The position numbers and the translations under genes are program-made. Below are positions 19,930 through 30,421 of a stretch of 64,000 bases of DNA, piece after piece (position 1 is the first letter of the stretch; each line of letters opens with the position of its first letter). The stretch covers positions 156,287 through 220,286 of the forward strand of contig JACAFG010000005.1 of NCBI GenBank assembly GCA_019352195.1. The letters are read 5' to 3'. The stretch is from Candidatus Saccharimonadota bacterium. GTDB lineage: Bacteria > Patescibacteriota > Saccharimonadia > UBA4664. The notes under the pieces are model-generated. The model was not told the DNA's origin. It made no database searches and was given only the letters and a program-made list of their open reading frames with translations.

Positions 19930-20796
19930 TTATCGAGGTTCGCGGTAAACCTGCCAGATGAGCCGCGGAATAGCTAGCTGGCGTCCAAGACGGCTGGGGT
20001 TGTGGGCGAGGCGCCACAGCCATTCAAGACCGATGTTTTGGACGAGCTTGGGCGCGCGGACCTGGTGGCCGCCAAAACTGTCGTAATCAAAGGTGCCGCC
20101 TTCACCTATCATGACGCCGTGCCGCAGGAGGGGCTGGAGCCGCGACATTATGGCTTCTTGCAACGGGAAACCCATGCCAATAAGAATAATGTCCGCACCC
20201 GAGGTGTTGACCGTGGCGACGAGTTCAGTCAGGTCGAGACCCGCTTCTACCGCCGCTAACAGTTTCGGTCCCGTGAGACCGGCAATTTCACCCGGCAACT
20301 GCCCAACAATGGCTAAATTGGGCAATTTTGTTTGAATTGTCTGTACCGTTTTGGTAATCGACGAATTTTTGGGGGAGCCGATCAGGAAAACCTTGAGGCC
20401 ACGTTGCGCTGCTAGCTCCAACAGTGGCCAAGCGGCGTTCGGGCCGGCAAATTTTTCGGGCAAGAACTGATAGGCCGATTTAGGATGCAGGATAAGACTG
20501 ACACCGGTCGTTATGATGCGCCACCAGTGACGGCCGCCCCCATACCGAAACACGGTCGCCCAGCAAATACCGATGCCATCGGGCAGACATAAATTGGCCT
20601 GATCGAGATAGGCTTTGCGCGCGGGACTGGTGATGACGCCATCAATAAACTCTGAGTATGGTTTCGTAACATACCAGGCGGCACTGGTAGGGTTAGCCGC
20701 GTGATCGGTAATGAGGTGGTTGGCTTCGGCAATCGTCAGCGCATCAATTTCGACGTTAAGGACCTCGTACTTAGGGAAGGTCGTTTGCTTAGACAT
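19930..20796 (-). CDS. WecB/TagA/CpsF family glycosyltransferase
   Basis: PDGIG, IGMGFPLQE, GEGGTFD, RAPK..GLEWLWRL. Confidence 0.92.
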   Translation of the reverse strand: MSKQTTFPKYEVLNVEIDALTIAEANHLITDHAANPTSAAWYVTKPYSEFIDGVITSPARKAYLDQANLCLPDGIGICWATVFRYGGGRHWWRIITTGVSLILHPKSAYQFLPEKFAGPNAAWPLLELAAQRGLKVFLIGSPKNSSITKTVQTIQTKLPNLAIVGQLPGEIAGLTGPKLLAAVEAGLDLTELVATVNTSGADIILIGMGFPLQEAIMSRLQPLLRHGVMIGEGGTFDYDSFGGHQVRAPKLVQNIGLEWLWRLAHNPSRLGRQLAIPRLIWQVYREPR

Positions 20797-22048
20797 AGCG
20801 GGCTCCCAGGCTGGCGCCGGCCAGACTAAAGACGGTGAGGGCGGTCGATGAATCGGTAAACGCCGGCAGGACAAGAGCGGTGACGCTGATACCAATTAAA
20901 GCAGCGCCGGTGGCGAGCGAGGTTTGGTTGTTGGGTCGGGCGACCAGTAGATAGCTCATGAGGCCAATAACCGTCATAAACAGTACGGTGCCCATCAGTC
21001 CCGCCTCATAGCCAATCTGGAGATAGTTGTTTTCGATAATATTAATGCTTGGTCCGGTTCGGAAGGTGGCCGGTCCCGCCGTCCCTAAGCCATGGCCAAG
21101 GGGCGTGGCGAACACGCTGTGGAGGCCGTTACCGAGTGAGGCGACGTGCTGAGAATCGGAACTTTTTACGCTCGTCGTGGTGCTGGGGTGGCGCAAATAG
21201 TTGGTTAAGAAGTTCCCCGTTGGGCCAAAGACCGCGACGGCGCCCACTACCACCGCGCCAGCGGCGAGAGCCAAACCGATGGGCAGCCGGCGTTTGGTGG
21301 GTGCACTCATGATCAAGGTCACTGCGACCGCCACTACGGCACCGATCCAAGCGCCGCGTGAGTAGGTGATAAACATTACCGGGAGAATGGCAGCACTGTA
21401 GATCCACCAAAGCCGTCGTTTGCGGCCCAAAAGCAAGGTTAGGGTGAGCGGCAAGATGAGGAAGGTACCGAGTTGATTCGGGCCGCCCAGAGTTGAACCA
21501 AAACGGTAGTGCGTCACGGTCCCCGATACCACGAGTTCGTACGGTGCGGTTTGACCGGGAGTGAAACTATAGCCTAGGTGAACGAGCGTATCGTGAGGCA
21601 AGACAGTGGCTTGCAGAAGCCCAAATATAATTACCGCCCCGGTGCTGATGAGGAGCGTGACCACGAGTTTTTTCACCAGCTCCTGCGTGGCGACGATGAG
21701 GGCAATGACAGCGGCGAGTAAAAATTCTAGGTCAGTTTTGGCCCCGTACGCGGCCGAATGGAGGCCCGGCCGCGTCAACAGCGTGACGACGATGGTTAGG
21801 ACGCCGAAGGCGGCCAGCACGTAGACGAGCGGCTGCCGCAGCCGGTTTCGTTTAGTGGGGTCGGTGATGGTGATGATAATAGTGAGAAGACTTAGAAGGA
21901 CCAGCAGGACTTCTTTCCAACTCGCCCAAATGGTTTGGTGACCAAACCAGTGGCCGAGGCTAATAACCGCAATAGCGTGCAGCGGCATGAGCGCTACGAG
22001 CACAATAAGCCCCCAACCCGTGACGCGCGTAAGCCAGCGTGACGTCAT
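20789..22048 (-). CDS. O-antigen ligase family membrane protein
   Basis: Multi-TM; GPNQLG, TYSRGAW, GHGLG, ENNYLQIGYEAG. Confidence 0.85.
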   Translation of the reverse strand: MTSRWLTRVTGWGLIVLVALMPLHAIAVISLGHWFGHQTIWASWKEVLLVLLSLLTIIITITDPTKRNRLRQPLVYVLAAFGVLTIVVTLLTRPGLHSAAYGAKTDLEFLLAAVIALIVATQELVKKLVVTLLISTGAVIIFGLLQATVLPHDTLVHLGYSFTPGQTAPYELVVSGTVTHYRFGSTLGGPNQLGTFLILPLTLTLLLGRKRRLWWIYSAAILPVMFITYSRGAWIGAVVAVAVTLIMSAPTKRRLPIGLALAAGAVVVGAVAVFGPTGNFLTNYLRHPSTTTSVKSSDSQHVASLGNGLHSVFATPLGHGLGTAGPATFRTGPSINIIENNYLQIGYEAGLMGTVLFMTVIGLMSYLLVARPNNQTSLATGAALIGISVTALVLPAFTDSSTALTVFSLAGASLGARYV

Positions 22049-23049
22049 CGGACGGCGACGAGACTCCGCTTGTATTCCTCGAGGTTGTCCAGCGCAATAC
22101 CAGTACCGCGCACCACGCACAACAGCGGTTCTTCGCCGACAACGCAGGGGACGCCGGTAACTTGGCTAAGCATTTTGTCGAGATTACCGAGGAGCGCTCC
22201 CCCGCCTGTGAGCACCATGCCGCGGTCGATGATATCGCTCGAAAGTTCGGGCGGAGTTTGCTCCAGCACAACTCGGATGGCCTGAATGATTTTTTCAAGC
22301 TCGTCTTGAATCGCGCCGGTGATTTCGTTGGATTTTATGGTGACCGTTTTAGGTAAACCGGCAATGATATCGCGGCCACGAATTTCCATGGTTTTGTCGC
22401 GCGTGAGCAACAAGGCGCTGCCGATTTGGATTTTGATGGTTTCAGCGGTGCGATCGCCAATGGCGAGCCCGTAGGTGCGGCGAATATAGTCGGCGATGGC
22501 GCTATCGAGGCGATTGCCACCGACGCGAATGCTGTGTTGTGCCACCACGCCGCCGAGGCTCAGGATAGCGATTTCGGTGGTACCGCCGCCAATGTCGACG
22601 ACCATATTACCGGCCGCCGAAGCGATGGGAATACCCGCGCCAATGGCCGCGGCCACCGGCTCACGAATAATGTAGGCGGCGCGGGCACCAGCAGCCAAAG
22701 TGGCGTCAGTGACGGCGCGACGCTCGGTACTGGTTGCCCCAGCGGGCACACAAATCATGACATCGGGCTTGGTAAGACGGAAGCCGCCGGTAACTTTGCC
22801 AATATAATGTCTAATCATGGCTTGGGTAATACGGTAATCGGCAATAACGCCATCGCGTAGGGGGCGGTTGGCGGTGATCGTGTCGGGGGTGCGGCCGAGC
22901 ATTTCTTTAGCTTCGGCGCCGATCGCGACGATCTTATTGTGATCGTCAACTGCTACCACACAGGGCTCGTTGATGATAATGCCCCGTTTGGGGACGTATA
23001 CGAGCACGTTGGCGGTGCCCAGATCAATTGCGATGCGTTTAGAGAACAT
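22045..23049 (-). CDS. mreB: Rod shape-determining protein MreB
   Basis: IAIDLGTANVLVY, RPLRDGVIAD, DIGGGTTE, LTGGGALL. Confidence 0.97.
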   Translation of the reverse strand: MFSKRIAIDLGTANVLVYVPKRGIIINEPCVVAVDDHNKIVAIGAEAKEMLGRTPDTITANRPLRDGVIADYRITQAMIRHYIGKVTGGFRLTKPDVMICVPAGATSTERRAVTDATLAAGARAAYIIREPVAAAIGAGIPIASAAGNMVVDIGGGTTEIAILSLGGVVAQHSIRVGGNRLDSAIADYIRRTYGLAIGDRTAETIKIQIGSALLLTRDKTMEIRGRDIIAGLPKTVTIKSNEITGAIQDELEKIIQAIRVVLEQTPPELSSDIIDRGMVLTGGGALLGNLDKMLSQVTGVPCVVGEEPLLCVVRGTGIALDNLEEYKRSLVAVR

Positions 23050-23127
23050 AGGCTTATTATAACGTGTTATTGACGCATGTGCTCGGCATTGGGGCTGATG
23101 GTTTGGTATACTGTCTCGTGAGTCTTT

Positions 23128-24516
23128 ATGCTACGACGCATCGCAACTATTTTTGGCTATCTGGCGCTCGCCTGCCTGATCGTGTTATTGACGGTCGGGC
23201 TGGTTGCGTATGGACAAGATTATTCGTATAGCATTTCGCAGCACCGCATTATCCGCAGCGGCAACGTCATTATTCAGACGGTACCAAGCGGAGTCGCGGT
23301 CAGTATTGATGGTCATCCCAACAAGAAACGAACCTCGTACCGGCTAGCCACGGGCAAATCGTATTTATTTGCGGTGTCGAAAACGGGCTTTCACACCTGG
23401 CAGAAAGCGCTGACCACCTTGGCCGGAAAAATTACTTTGGTGCAGTACATCGTGTTGGTACCCAATGAACTCATCCCGCAGGCGCTGGCCACGGCACCGA
23501 CGGTGATTTCGCAAGCGGCGTCGCACGATCGTCGGCATGTGGCATATATCACGGGTGGCTCGACCCCCGGGGTGTTCGTTGATAACTATGATAACCAGCC
23601 GGTAAAAATCTATTCCCCTGTCGCGGCCACGGCGGCTACGGGCGCGGAAACGCTCCAGAGCGTAACTTGGTCCGATGATGCTTCACACGTGCTTATTATG
23701 TCGAGTTTTAACGGAGCCACGGTGGCGCGGGTTATGGCGGCTGATGGCAGCGGCGCTGAGAATCTGACGGATAAATATCATTACGATTTCTCGACGCTAA
23801 AGTTTAGCGCCGGTAATTGGCGCCAGCTGTACTGGATTGCCCCCGACGGCTTGCGCCGGCTCGATCTCGATACCCAAACCGTTTCGGCGGTACTGGCCTC
23901 CGGCGTTAAGCAAATCGAGATTCTGGATAGCTCCGTCATGTACGTTCAAGAAACTACGCTGGGTCAATCACTGTGGTTACTCGACGGTAAAAATGGTAAG
24001 CCGCAGCAGCTCATCGCAGCCTTGCCTGCCAGCGATCATTACGGCTTGGCTTACACCAATTACCGCGGAACGGACGCTTTGGCAGTGGTACCTTCCGCGA
24101 CGCAGGCCGGGACGCTCTACACCAATATTTTCGGTGACACTCCCCAAGCCCAAACCGTGGCTCATGGCGTAACAGACGTCAGTTTTTCGCCCGACGGCCA
24201 TTTGGTGGCCTTTAGCGGTCTTGCCAATATCACCACCTACGATCTTGAGGCGTCGAGCATTTTTGATACGTCCACGCTCTACACGTTTGCGGTTAATAAC
24301 TTGTCTACTCCCCCCGCTTGGTTTGATAACTTTCATCTGCTCAGCAACCAAAATGGGCGTCTCATTTGGACCGATTTTGACGGTGCCAATGGTGTCGATT
24401 TGGGCCTGACGCAGGCAACGCTGAGCGCCGGTTCAAGTAGCGATGTGAAAAACGTCTACGTTTGGCAGCCGACGGCGAGCGCAGTCCAGCTCACGACGCT
24501 GACGATTAAACCGTAG
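23128..24516 (+). CDS. Membrane-anchored PEGA-like + beta-propeller protein
   Basis: N-terminal TM, SKTGFHTWQK PEGA-like segment, repeated WSDD/FSPDG blades. Confidence 0.7.
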   Translation: MLRRIATIFGYLALACLIVLLTVGLVAYGQDYSYSISQHRIIRSGNVIIQTVPSGVAVSIDGHPNKKRTSYRLATGKSYLFAVSKTGFHTWQKALTTLAGKITLVQYIVLVPNELIPQALATAPTVISQAASHDRRHVAYITGGSTPGVFVDNYDNQPVKIYSPVAATAATGAETLQSVTWSDDASHVLIMSSFNGATVARVMAADGSGAENLTDKYHYDFSTLKFSAGNWRQLYWIAPDGLRRLDLDTQTVSAVLASGVKQIEILDSSVMYVQETTLGQSLWLLDGKNGKPQQLIAALPASDHYGLAYTNYRGTDALAVVPSATQAGTLYTNIFGDTPQAQTVAHGVTDVSFSPDGHLVAFSGLANITTYDLEASSIFDTSTLYTFAVNNLSTPPAWFDNFHLLSNQNGRLIWTDFDGANGVDLGLTQATLSAGSSSDVKNVYVWQPTASAVQLTTLTIKP

Positions 24517-24527
24517 CAGTCGCCTAA

Positions 24528-25583
24528 TTAGTTGGCTGATGGCAGGCTTGAGGGCTGGTTTGAAGTGCTCGACTTAGGAGTTGTCGTTGGGTTGGGCTTC
24601 ATGCCAAAGAGTGATTTGAAGCTATTCACGAGGCTGCTCCAGGCGTTGCCAGCTTGACTGCCGAGGTTTGATGAGCCGCTGGGTAAGCTAGCCTTACCAG
24701 CCGCGGCCGTGGTCGGCGTACTGACGGCGGCATTGGGGTTGGGGTCTATTTGCTTAGCTGTCACGACGAGGCGCTTCCAAGAGGTCCCGGGAGGCGTACA
24801 GGTGATGAGGCTAAGGGTGGGGGTAGGCGTGGCGTTGAGCACGGCCACGTCGGTGGGATCGACCACGGAAGAGCCCGTGACTTCGTAGGTGTAGCGCGTG
24901 CCTTGGTAGTCGATGAGAATCTGGTCGCCGGGGGCGAGTTTATCGAGCAACACAAAGACAAACTTGTAATTGCCAGGTTGCCACCAGTCGTTGGAGCTGT
25001 GGCCAAAAATGGCGACGTTGCCATTTTGGCCTGGTACGGCGGTGTTGCCGTAGTGAACGACGCCATTTTGAAGCGCGTTTTCGAAGGTCGTTTCATTGGT
25101 GCTGGGCTCGTATACCACCGGCGCGTGAACGTTGATTTTGGGAATGGTGATGCTTGGGTCGGTGGGGATAATGCTGGCGGCGGCGTTGGACGCCGGAATA
25201 CTAGCCGTGGCTGGGGTTTTATGGAAGGCGTAGCTAATTTGACTAAGTATGACAGGCGATTTAAAGACAATCAGAATCAGTAAGAAAATGCCAACGGCGG
25301 TTAGAACTGGTTGGATGACGCTGGGCAGTATAGGCCGCGACTTGGCTGCGGGTTCGGCCGTTAAGGTGGCGCGCAAGCGTTCGCGGCTGGTGATGAGATC
25401 TTGCGTAGCGGCCGTGGGCACGTCGTGCGCGTTTTCGAGCGGGAACGTCTCGGGGAGTTCGGCGATGCGAGCTCGCGCGGCTTCGACCGCTTCCGGATGG
25501 GTATAACTCTCCACGGCCGCGATGGGAAGGTCGCGGTCGCGGCGGAATCCGTCAAGGCTAAATGTGTCTAAGGCAGTGGCCAT
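24528..25583 (-). CDS. Sortase
   Basis: NVAIFGHS, TLSLITCTPPG..RLVV catalytic H/C/R. Confidence 0.92.
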   Translation of the reverse strand: MATALDTFSLDGFRRDRDLPIAAVESYTHPEAVEAARARIAELPETFPLENAHDVPTAATQDLITSRERLRATLTAEPAAKSRPILPSVIQPVLTAVGIFLLILIVFKSPVILSQISYAFHKTPATASIPASNAAASIIPTDPSITIPKINVHAPVVYEPSTNETTFENALQNGVVHYGNTAVPGQNGNVAIFGHSSNDWWQPGNYKFVFVLLDKLAPGDQILIDYQGTRYTYEVTGSSVVDPTDVAVLNATPTPTLSLITCTPPGTSWKRLVVTAKQIDPNPNAAVSTPTTAAAGKASLPSGSSNLGSQAGNAWSSLVNSFKSLFGMKPNPTTTPKSSTSNQPSSLPSAN

Positions 25584-25720
25584 AGTTGTCGAGCGCCTAG
25601 GTTATCGGTATGATTAATGCCGCGGCCCGTCCATAGATGGACGTTTAGGGGATCAGTTACTATAATACAACCTTGGCCGAAAATAAATAAGCGCTCGTAA
25701 GATAGATTCGTAACACGTGC

Positions 25721-25806
25721 GCCGCTGTGGTGGAATGGTAGACACAAGGGACTCAAAATCCCTCGAGGGCAACTTCATGTCAGTTCGACTCTGACCAGCG
25801 GTACCA
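25721..25806 (+). tRNA. tRNA-Leu(CAA)
   Basis: Acceptor GCCGCTG/CAGCGGT, anticodon loop CT-CAA-AA, long variable arm, T-arm GTCAG TTCGACT CTGAC, encoded CCA. Confidence 0.96.
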
Positions 25807-25816
25807 GCAATGATCA

Positions 25817-25854
25817 AACTAAAATAACGCCTTTGTTAAGGCGTTATTTTAGTT
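25817..25854. terminator. Hairpin after tRNA-Leu (also the 'type A' cassette left end)
   Basis: AACTAAAATAACGCCTT-TGTT-AAGGCGTTATTTTAGTT; recurs after junctions at 29006 and 34588. Confidence 0.8.
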
Positions 25855-26020
25855 CTGTAAAAGGTGGGTGCCACTGCGTATATCGGAAAGTCATTATTCG
25901 AATCAAGTGTAGTAATTTTACAAGCTAAGCTTGCACTTGCATTAAGTGGATTAAATTCGGTAAAAGTTATATAATATTCAACGTCCATTCGTTGTTTGAC
26001 ATCGGTGTAGCAGAAATGAG

Positions 26021-28150
26021 TTGATTTATGTGTATCAGCCATACCCATACCAGGTCCCGGTTTTACATGCCATCGACTTAGCCCGTAAGTCGGGCAAAAG
26101 AAGTGCTCTCGTTGTCTTGGCCTCTGGTCTTGGCAAAACGGTAGTAGCAGGATTTGATATTCGTCGCTTCATGAGCAGCCACCCTGGGGCAAAGGTCTTG
26201 TACCTGTGCCACCAGAACTAAATACTGCGGCAGGCTCGTAGGGAACTAGAGGAGAATATCCTGCCTAACAAGTACAATCATGGGTTCATGATTGGCGACG
26301 ATCGGGCGATCCATGGCGTCGATTTGTTGTATGCGTCATTCCAAACGATGCATCGCCATCGTCGACGTTTTCGGTCCGATGAGTTTGACTACGTTGTAGT
26401 CGACGAAAGTCACCACGGTCCAGCGCCCACGTATCTTCCGACACTGGAATACTTCACCCCGAAGTTTCTGTTGGCTATCACCGCTACTCCAGACCGTATG
26501 GATCAGCAAGATATTGGTGAAATTTTTGGCGATCCGATCTTCAGGATCGAGCTAGAAGACGCTTGGGCACGCGGTTTGCTCGCGCCAGTTGATTACCGTG
26601 TAATGACCGACGAATGGCAAAATTTGGAGGTACTCGACACGCCAATTGGGAAACTGAGCATAAAACAGCTCAATAAGACCATTTTTGCGACCAAGCGTGA
26701 TGAAGAGATTGTCCGCATCATTGAGGGCAGGATCATGCACCTCTTTGAGCCGCGGGTAATGATTTTCTGCCCGCGTATTAGTCATGCCGAGCACATTGCT
26801 GACCTCATGGAAGGCGCGACCGCTATTCACTCCATGCTTACGAGCACCGAGCAAGAAGATCGGCTAAACGGTTTTCGTGATGGTAAGTACCGTGTCGTCA
26901 GCACCGTCGACATGTTTAACGAGGGCATTAATGTTCCAGAAGCGAATGTCATCGTGTTCCTACGCTCAACGGCTTCGCGTACGATTTTTTTCCAGCAACT
27001 GGGCCGTGGGCTCCGCAAGAGCAAAACAAAGAAACATGTCCTGGTTCTTGATTTTGTAGCGAACTGTGACCGTTTGCTTATACTCGATGAACTCAGGGGC
27101 GGCGTTAACGAGCGGCTCACCAAGCTGCGCTCAAGGACGCCCGGAGGCGATACACCAATCGTGATCGACTCAGGGGATTTTATATTCGACGAGGCCGTAC
27201 GTGACGTACTTAAGATACTCGCATCGATCAGGGGTAGGTACTCGAACGAGGAGCTGATAGAGATTTTCCGAGCCAAGGCGCTAGAGCTTGGGCGCAATCC
27301 GACCGGTGATGATGTCGACGCCGATCCGGCGTTGCCAAGTAGGGCGCTGTACTATAAGCGATTCGGTAATTGGAGCAAACTGCTGCGACTCGTAGATCTA
27401 GACGCGGCCTTCTTCAGGTCTGATGATCGTCTGATTCATGAACTCAAGAAACTAGCGGACCAACTGGAAAGAGCGCCCTCGACCAAGGACGTTAAGGATA
27501 CACATTGGATGGCGGCACCAAAGACTTACTACCAGCGATTTGGCAAGAGTTGGTCTGAGGTTCTCGCTAAAATCGGTCTTACTCCTGCTAGAAAATTCCT
27601 CTCCGACAAGGAGCTGCTCGATAAGTTGCGAGCCAAGTATCAAAGTTGGACTGAGCAATTTCTTACCATGGCGAATATAGATGCCGATTCGGAGATGGCT
27701 CATTCTTCGACATACAGGGAGAGGTTTGGCTCGCTAGATAGCGCGTTATTGCGAGCGGGTGTCACGGAAGATATTCAAGTTCAACACCAAAAAGCGGTGC
27801 TGACAAAGCGTCTGAAAGAGCTTGGAGACCGACTCGGCCGTACACCTGGGCGTCGAGACGTCGATAAAGCCTCAGATATGGCGGACAGCAGCACTTATCG
27901 GAAGCTGTTCGGAAGTTGGAACAGTGCACTAGGTACCGCTGGATATCCGCAAATTCGGGTGCGTCGGACCCCAGAGATGATGCTTGCGGACCTCCGAATG
28001 CTCGTCGATAAATACGGTAAGTTGTCGCAACCTATCATCAATTCCGAATCAGGAGTTGCTTCATCATCCACGTATGCATTGAAGTTCGGCTCAATAGCGA
28101 ACGCTGCTAGGCTTGCGGGAGTTGAACCGAATAACTCTCGTATCAAATAA
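26021..28150 (+). pseudogene. SF2 (ResIII/DEAH-like) helicase with C-terminal homing-endonuclease-associated repeats; in-frame TAA at 26219-26221
   Basis: Walker A ASGLGKT lies before the stop and is in frame with VVDESHH, TATP, FNEGINVP, QQLGRGLR; about 5 repeats of L..LGRtP..D....S..Y..RFG.W..AL..AG. Confidence 0.85.
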
Positions 28151-28219
28151 TTTCCGGTCATGTGTTAGCATGACGTAATTCTTGATGACCACATCGAGAA
28201 AGCCGGTACGATAACCCGG

Positions 28220-28271
28220 TGCAGTCACTAAATGTTATTTAGTCTGATGAGTCTGAAAAGACGAAACTGCA
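28220..28271 (+). ncRNA. Type III hammerhead ribozyme
   Basis: TGCAG-TC^-ACTAAAT(GTT)ATTTAGT-CTGATGA-GTCT(GAAA)AGAC-GAAA-CTGCA: complete core and three paired stems, GUC cleavage triplet. Confidence 0.9.
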
Positions 28272-28305
28272 AATCACCCGCTACTTTTTGGCGAGTACTA
28301 TTTTA

Positions 28306-28334
28306 GTTCGAACGTCGTTGACGGTGGTGTACCA
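28306..28334 (+). repeat. Leu-array junction J1
   Basis: GTTCGAACGTCGTTGACGGTGGTGTACCA followed by AAGAACTTATGCT. Confidence 0.9.
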
Positions 28335-28369
28335 AAGAACTTATGCTCATACGAGAGTCTCTCCACAAA

Positions 28370-28630
28370 CTAGTAGTGGTAACGACAGGCAAATATTCGA
28401 ATTTCTTCATTTATCACTGTGTAAACGAGACGATGCTCATCTGTTATTCTTCTAGACCAAGATCCAGCCAAGTCTTCGCGTAAAGGCTCAGGCTTGCCTA
28501 GGCCTTCAAATGGGCTCCGCTGGCAGTCTCTAACTAGTTGATTTATCTTCTTGAGAATTTTTTTGTACTGAGATTGCCAATAGACGTAATCATCCCAACC
28601 GTCTGGAGTAAAACTAATTTGTCTGCTCAT
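28370..28630 (-). CDS. yoeB: Txe/YoeB-family toxin
   Basis: WDDYVYWQ, PFEGLGKPEPL, WSRRITDEHRLVY, CRYHY. Confidence 0.95.
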   Translation of the reverse strand: MSRQISFTPDGWDDYVYWQSQYKKILKKINQLVRDCQRSPFEGLGKPEPLREDLAGSWSRRITDEHRLVYTVINEEIRIFACRYHY

Positions 28631-28881
28631 TATTCAGAAATAGCGTGAGATGATACATTCCCGCTCGCTGCGTCGGCAAACCCGCGACGCAAACGCTTGG
28701 CATTATTTTTATTTCCAAGCAAATAGTCAGTTTCTACTTTTGAGTTGTATTGCTCGAGCGGCATAGCGACGATCGTGCTGCCATCAGTACGAGTAATTAG
28801 TAAAACATCCTGATCGTCAATCACCTGATCAAAGTACTTCTTTGAATCTTTGCGAAAATTAGAAATGGTAGTTACTTTCAT
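28630..28881 (-). CDS. yefM: Phd/YefM-family antitoxin
   Basis: TISNFRK..FDQV..ITR..ETDYLL..NAKRL; abuts yoeB. Confidence 0.92.
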   Translation of the reverse strand: MKVTTISNFRKDSKKYFDQVIDDQDVLLITRTDGSTIVAMPLEQYNSKVETDYLLGNKNNAKRLRRGFADAASGNVSSHAISE

Positions 28882-29005
28882 GGTTGTCTCCTTGTATGTT
28901 AAATTGTACGCTAAAACGTACGTTAATACAATGAATTTAGCACGGTTCGTAAATTATGGGCTCTCAGTATAAAAGCCTACCCATTCTTTTCGAACCAATA
29001 GTTTG

Positions 29006-29034
29006 GTTCGAACGTCTAGCACGGCGGTGTACAG
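29006..29034 (+). repeat. Leu-array junction J2
   Basis: GTTCGAACGTCTAGCACGGCGGTGTACAG followed by type A hairpin. Confidence 0.85.
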
Positions 29035-29302
29035 CGCAGATCGAACTAAAATAACGACTTTGTGTGAAGGCGTTATTTTAGTTTTTGGAATAGTGGGTAC
29101 CAACCAATACCTTGTAGTTCCAAAACGGAAAGAGCCCCCGGCTGCGGAGGATTTCCTATGCTGGAGGCTATAAGTCGAAGGCCAGTTGTGGGTCTTGATT
29201 GCCACGGCTAATCTCCGTGACATATTTGGGTAATTCCTTGCTCGTCGGATAGTAATGCTGACGGCAGGCACAGCGTGATTCACCCAACCACGACTCATAG
29301 CA

Positions 29303-29848
29303 TTAGTGAGTTTTGCTTAACGGTTTGCCGCATTGAAGACAGAGCACACGACCTTCGTAGCGAAATATGGTTGGTAGATCACCGGCGGCCGCTTTTTGTA
29401 GCAGAACATCGTCAACATCAACACCAAAGTAAGTAGCGATTTTTTCTGGCTGAAAGAAAACAAGATTTTGCAGCCAGGTTTTTGGTAAGAATAGCTCTCT
29501 GACGATTGAATTGACGAACGCTTCTAGGAGCCAGTACTGCCTAGAGGAATATACATCCTTTATTCCAAAACTCTTAATGAGGTACCAGTGAACGATCTCA
29601 TGGACAACCGAGAAGCGAAACTCGTTTTGACTAGAGTCGCTTTTTACCTTCACCACATAACCTTGGCCGCTATGAAATAGCGCTGCAGGTCCAGCTAAAT
29701 CTGACGAAATAGTAAGTCCGAGGCCTAACAATTCACACATGTGGATCGGGTCGAGAATAAATCCTTGGTCTCGGCGCAATACTTTCGAACGAGAAAGAGC
29801 GTCCAAATGTGTCGCCGAGCCATAAGCTAACACCTCTTCTCTTGCCAC
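29303..29848 (-). CDS. ImmA/IrrE-like metallopeptidase domain protein
   Basis: RFSVVHEIVH (HExxH), E..N...ELFLP. Confidence 0.7.
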   Translation of the reverse strand: MAREEVLAYGSATHLDALSRSKVLRRDQGFILDPIHMCELLGLGLTISSDLAGPAALFHSGQGYVVKVKSDSSQNEFRFSVVHEIVHWYLIKSFGIKDVYSSRQYWLLEAFVNSIVRELFLPKTWLQNLVFFQPEKIATYFGVDVDDVLLQKAAAGDLPTIFRYEGRVLCLQCGKPLSKTH

Positions 29849-29981
29849 TTTAGCCTCCTGTACCGTTTGGTTTTTAAGGGACGTGGTTACGTAATCAGTT
29901 TATTGAGCGCGGACGAATCTATCTAGTCAACAATTCTTGCCTTAATTTGCTTTTAGTAAAATCTCGTTGCGCCTAAGTACA

Positions 29982-30010
29982 GTTCGAACATCCCCCACGG
30001 TGGTGTACCA
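29982..30010 (+). repeat. Leu-array junction J3
   Basis: GTTCGAACATCCCCCACGGTGGTGTACCA. Confidence 0.9.
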
Positions 30011-30421
30011 TTTGGATCGAACTCGACATAGCGAAGCTAAAGATAGTAGGCTGATTTGATGATGGTTAAGTAAACTGCGATAGAGCGCTTTTGCTTAATC
30101 AAGTTTTCATTTGCATTAGTATTGGATCGATCGAGCAGATTCATGCAATCGCCCCTAGCTATTCGCAGAAAGTATCACCATACTGATGAGCACGCTAGTA
30201 TAAGGTTCTACTCAATGAAGCGCCGGGATCACAAGTACCGCAACGAATCGGGTAAAATCACGGTATAATTCTTGGTTATGCCTACCATCATTCTGAACTT
30301 GCTGCTGACACTGCTTTTGAATTCCATACTTCATCATCGATTCTATAGCAATCTCAGGATTAGTTGCCCTATCAATGCACGTTAGGCATGGCGCATAGTA
30401 ACAACCTTATGAGGAGCTTTC

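Noticed and set aside
28954-29298. 114-aa minus-strand ORF crossing J2
   Set aside because: Runs through hairpins and the junction; best read as non-coding DNA plus the recombinase-tail remnant.
30183-30220. CTGATGAG hammerhead-like starts at 30183 and 10771
   Set aside because: No stem II followed by GAAA and no matching stems I and III.
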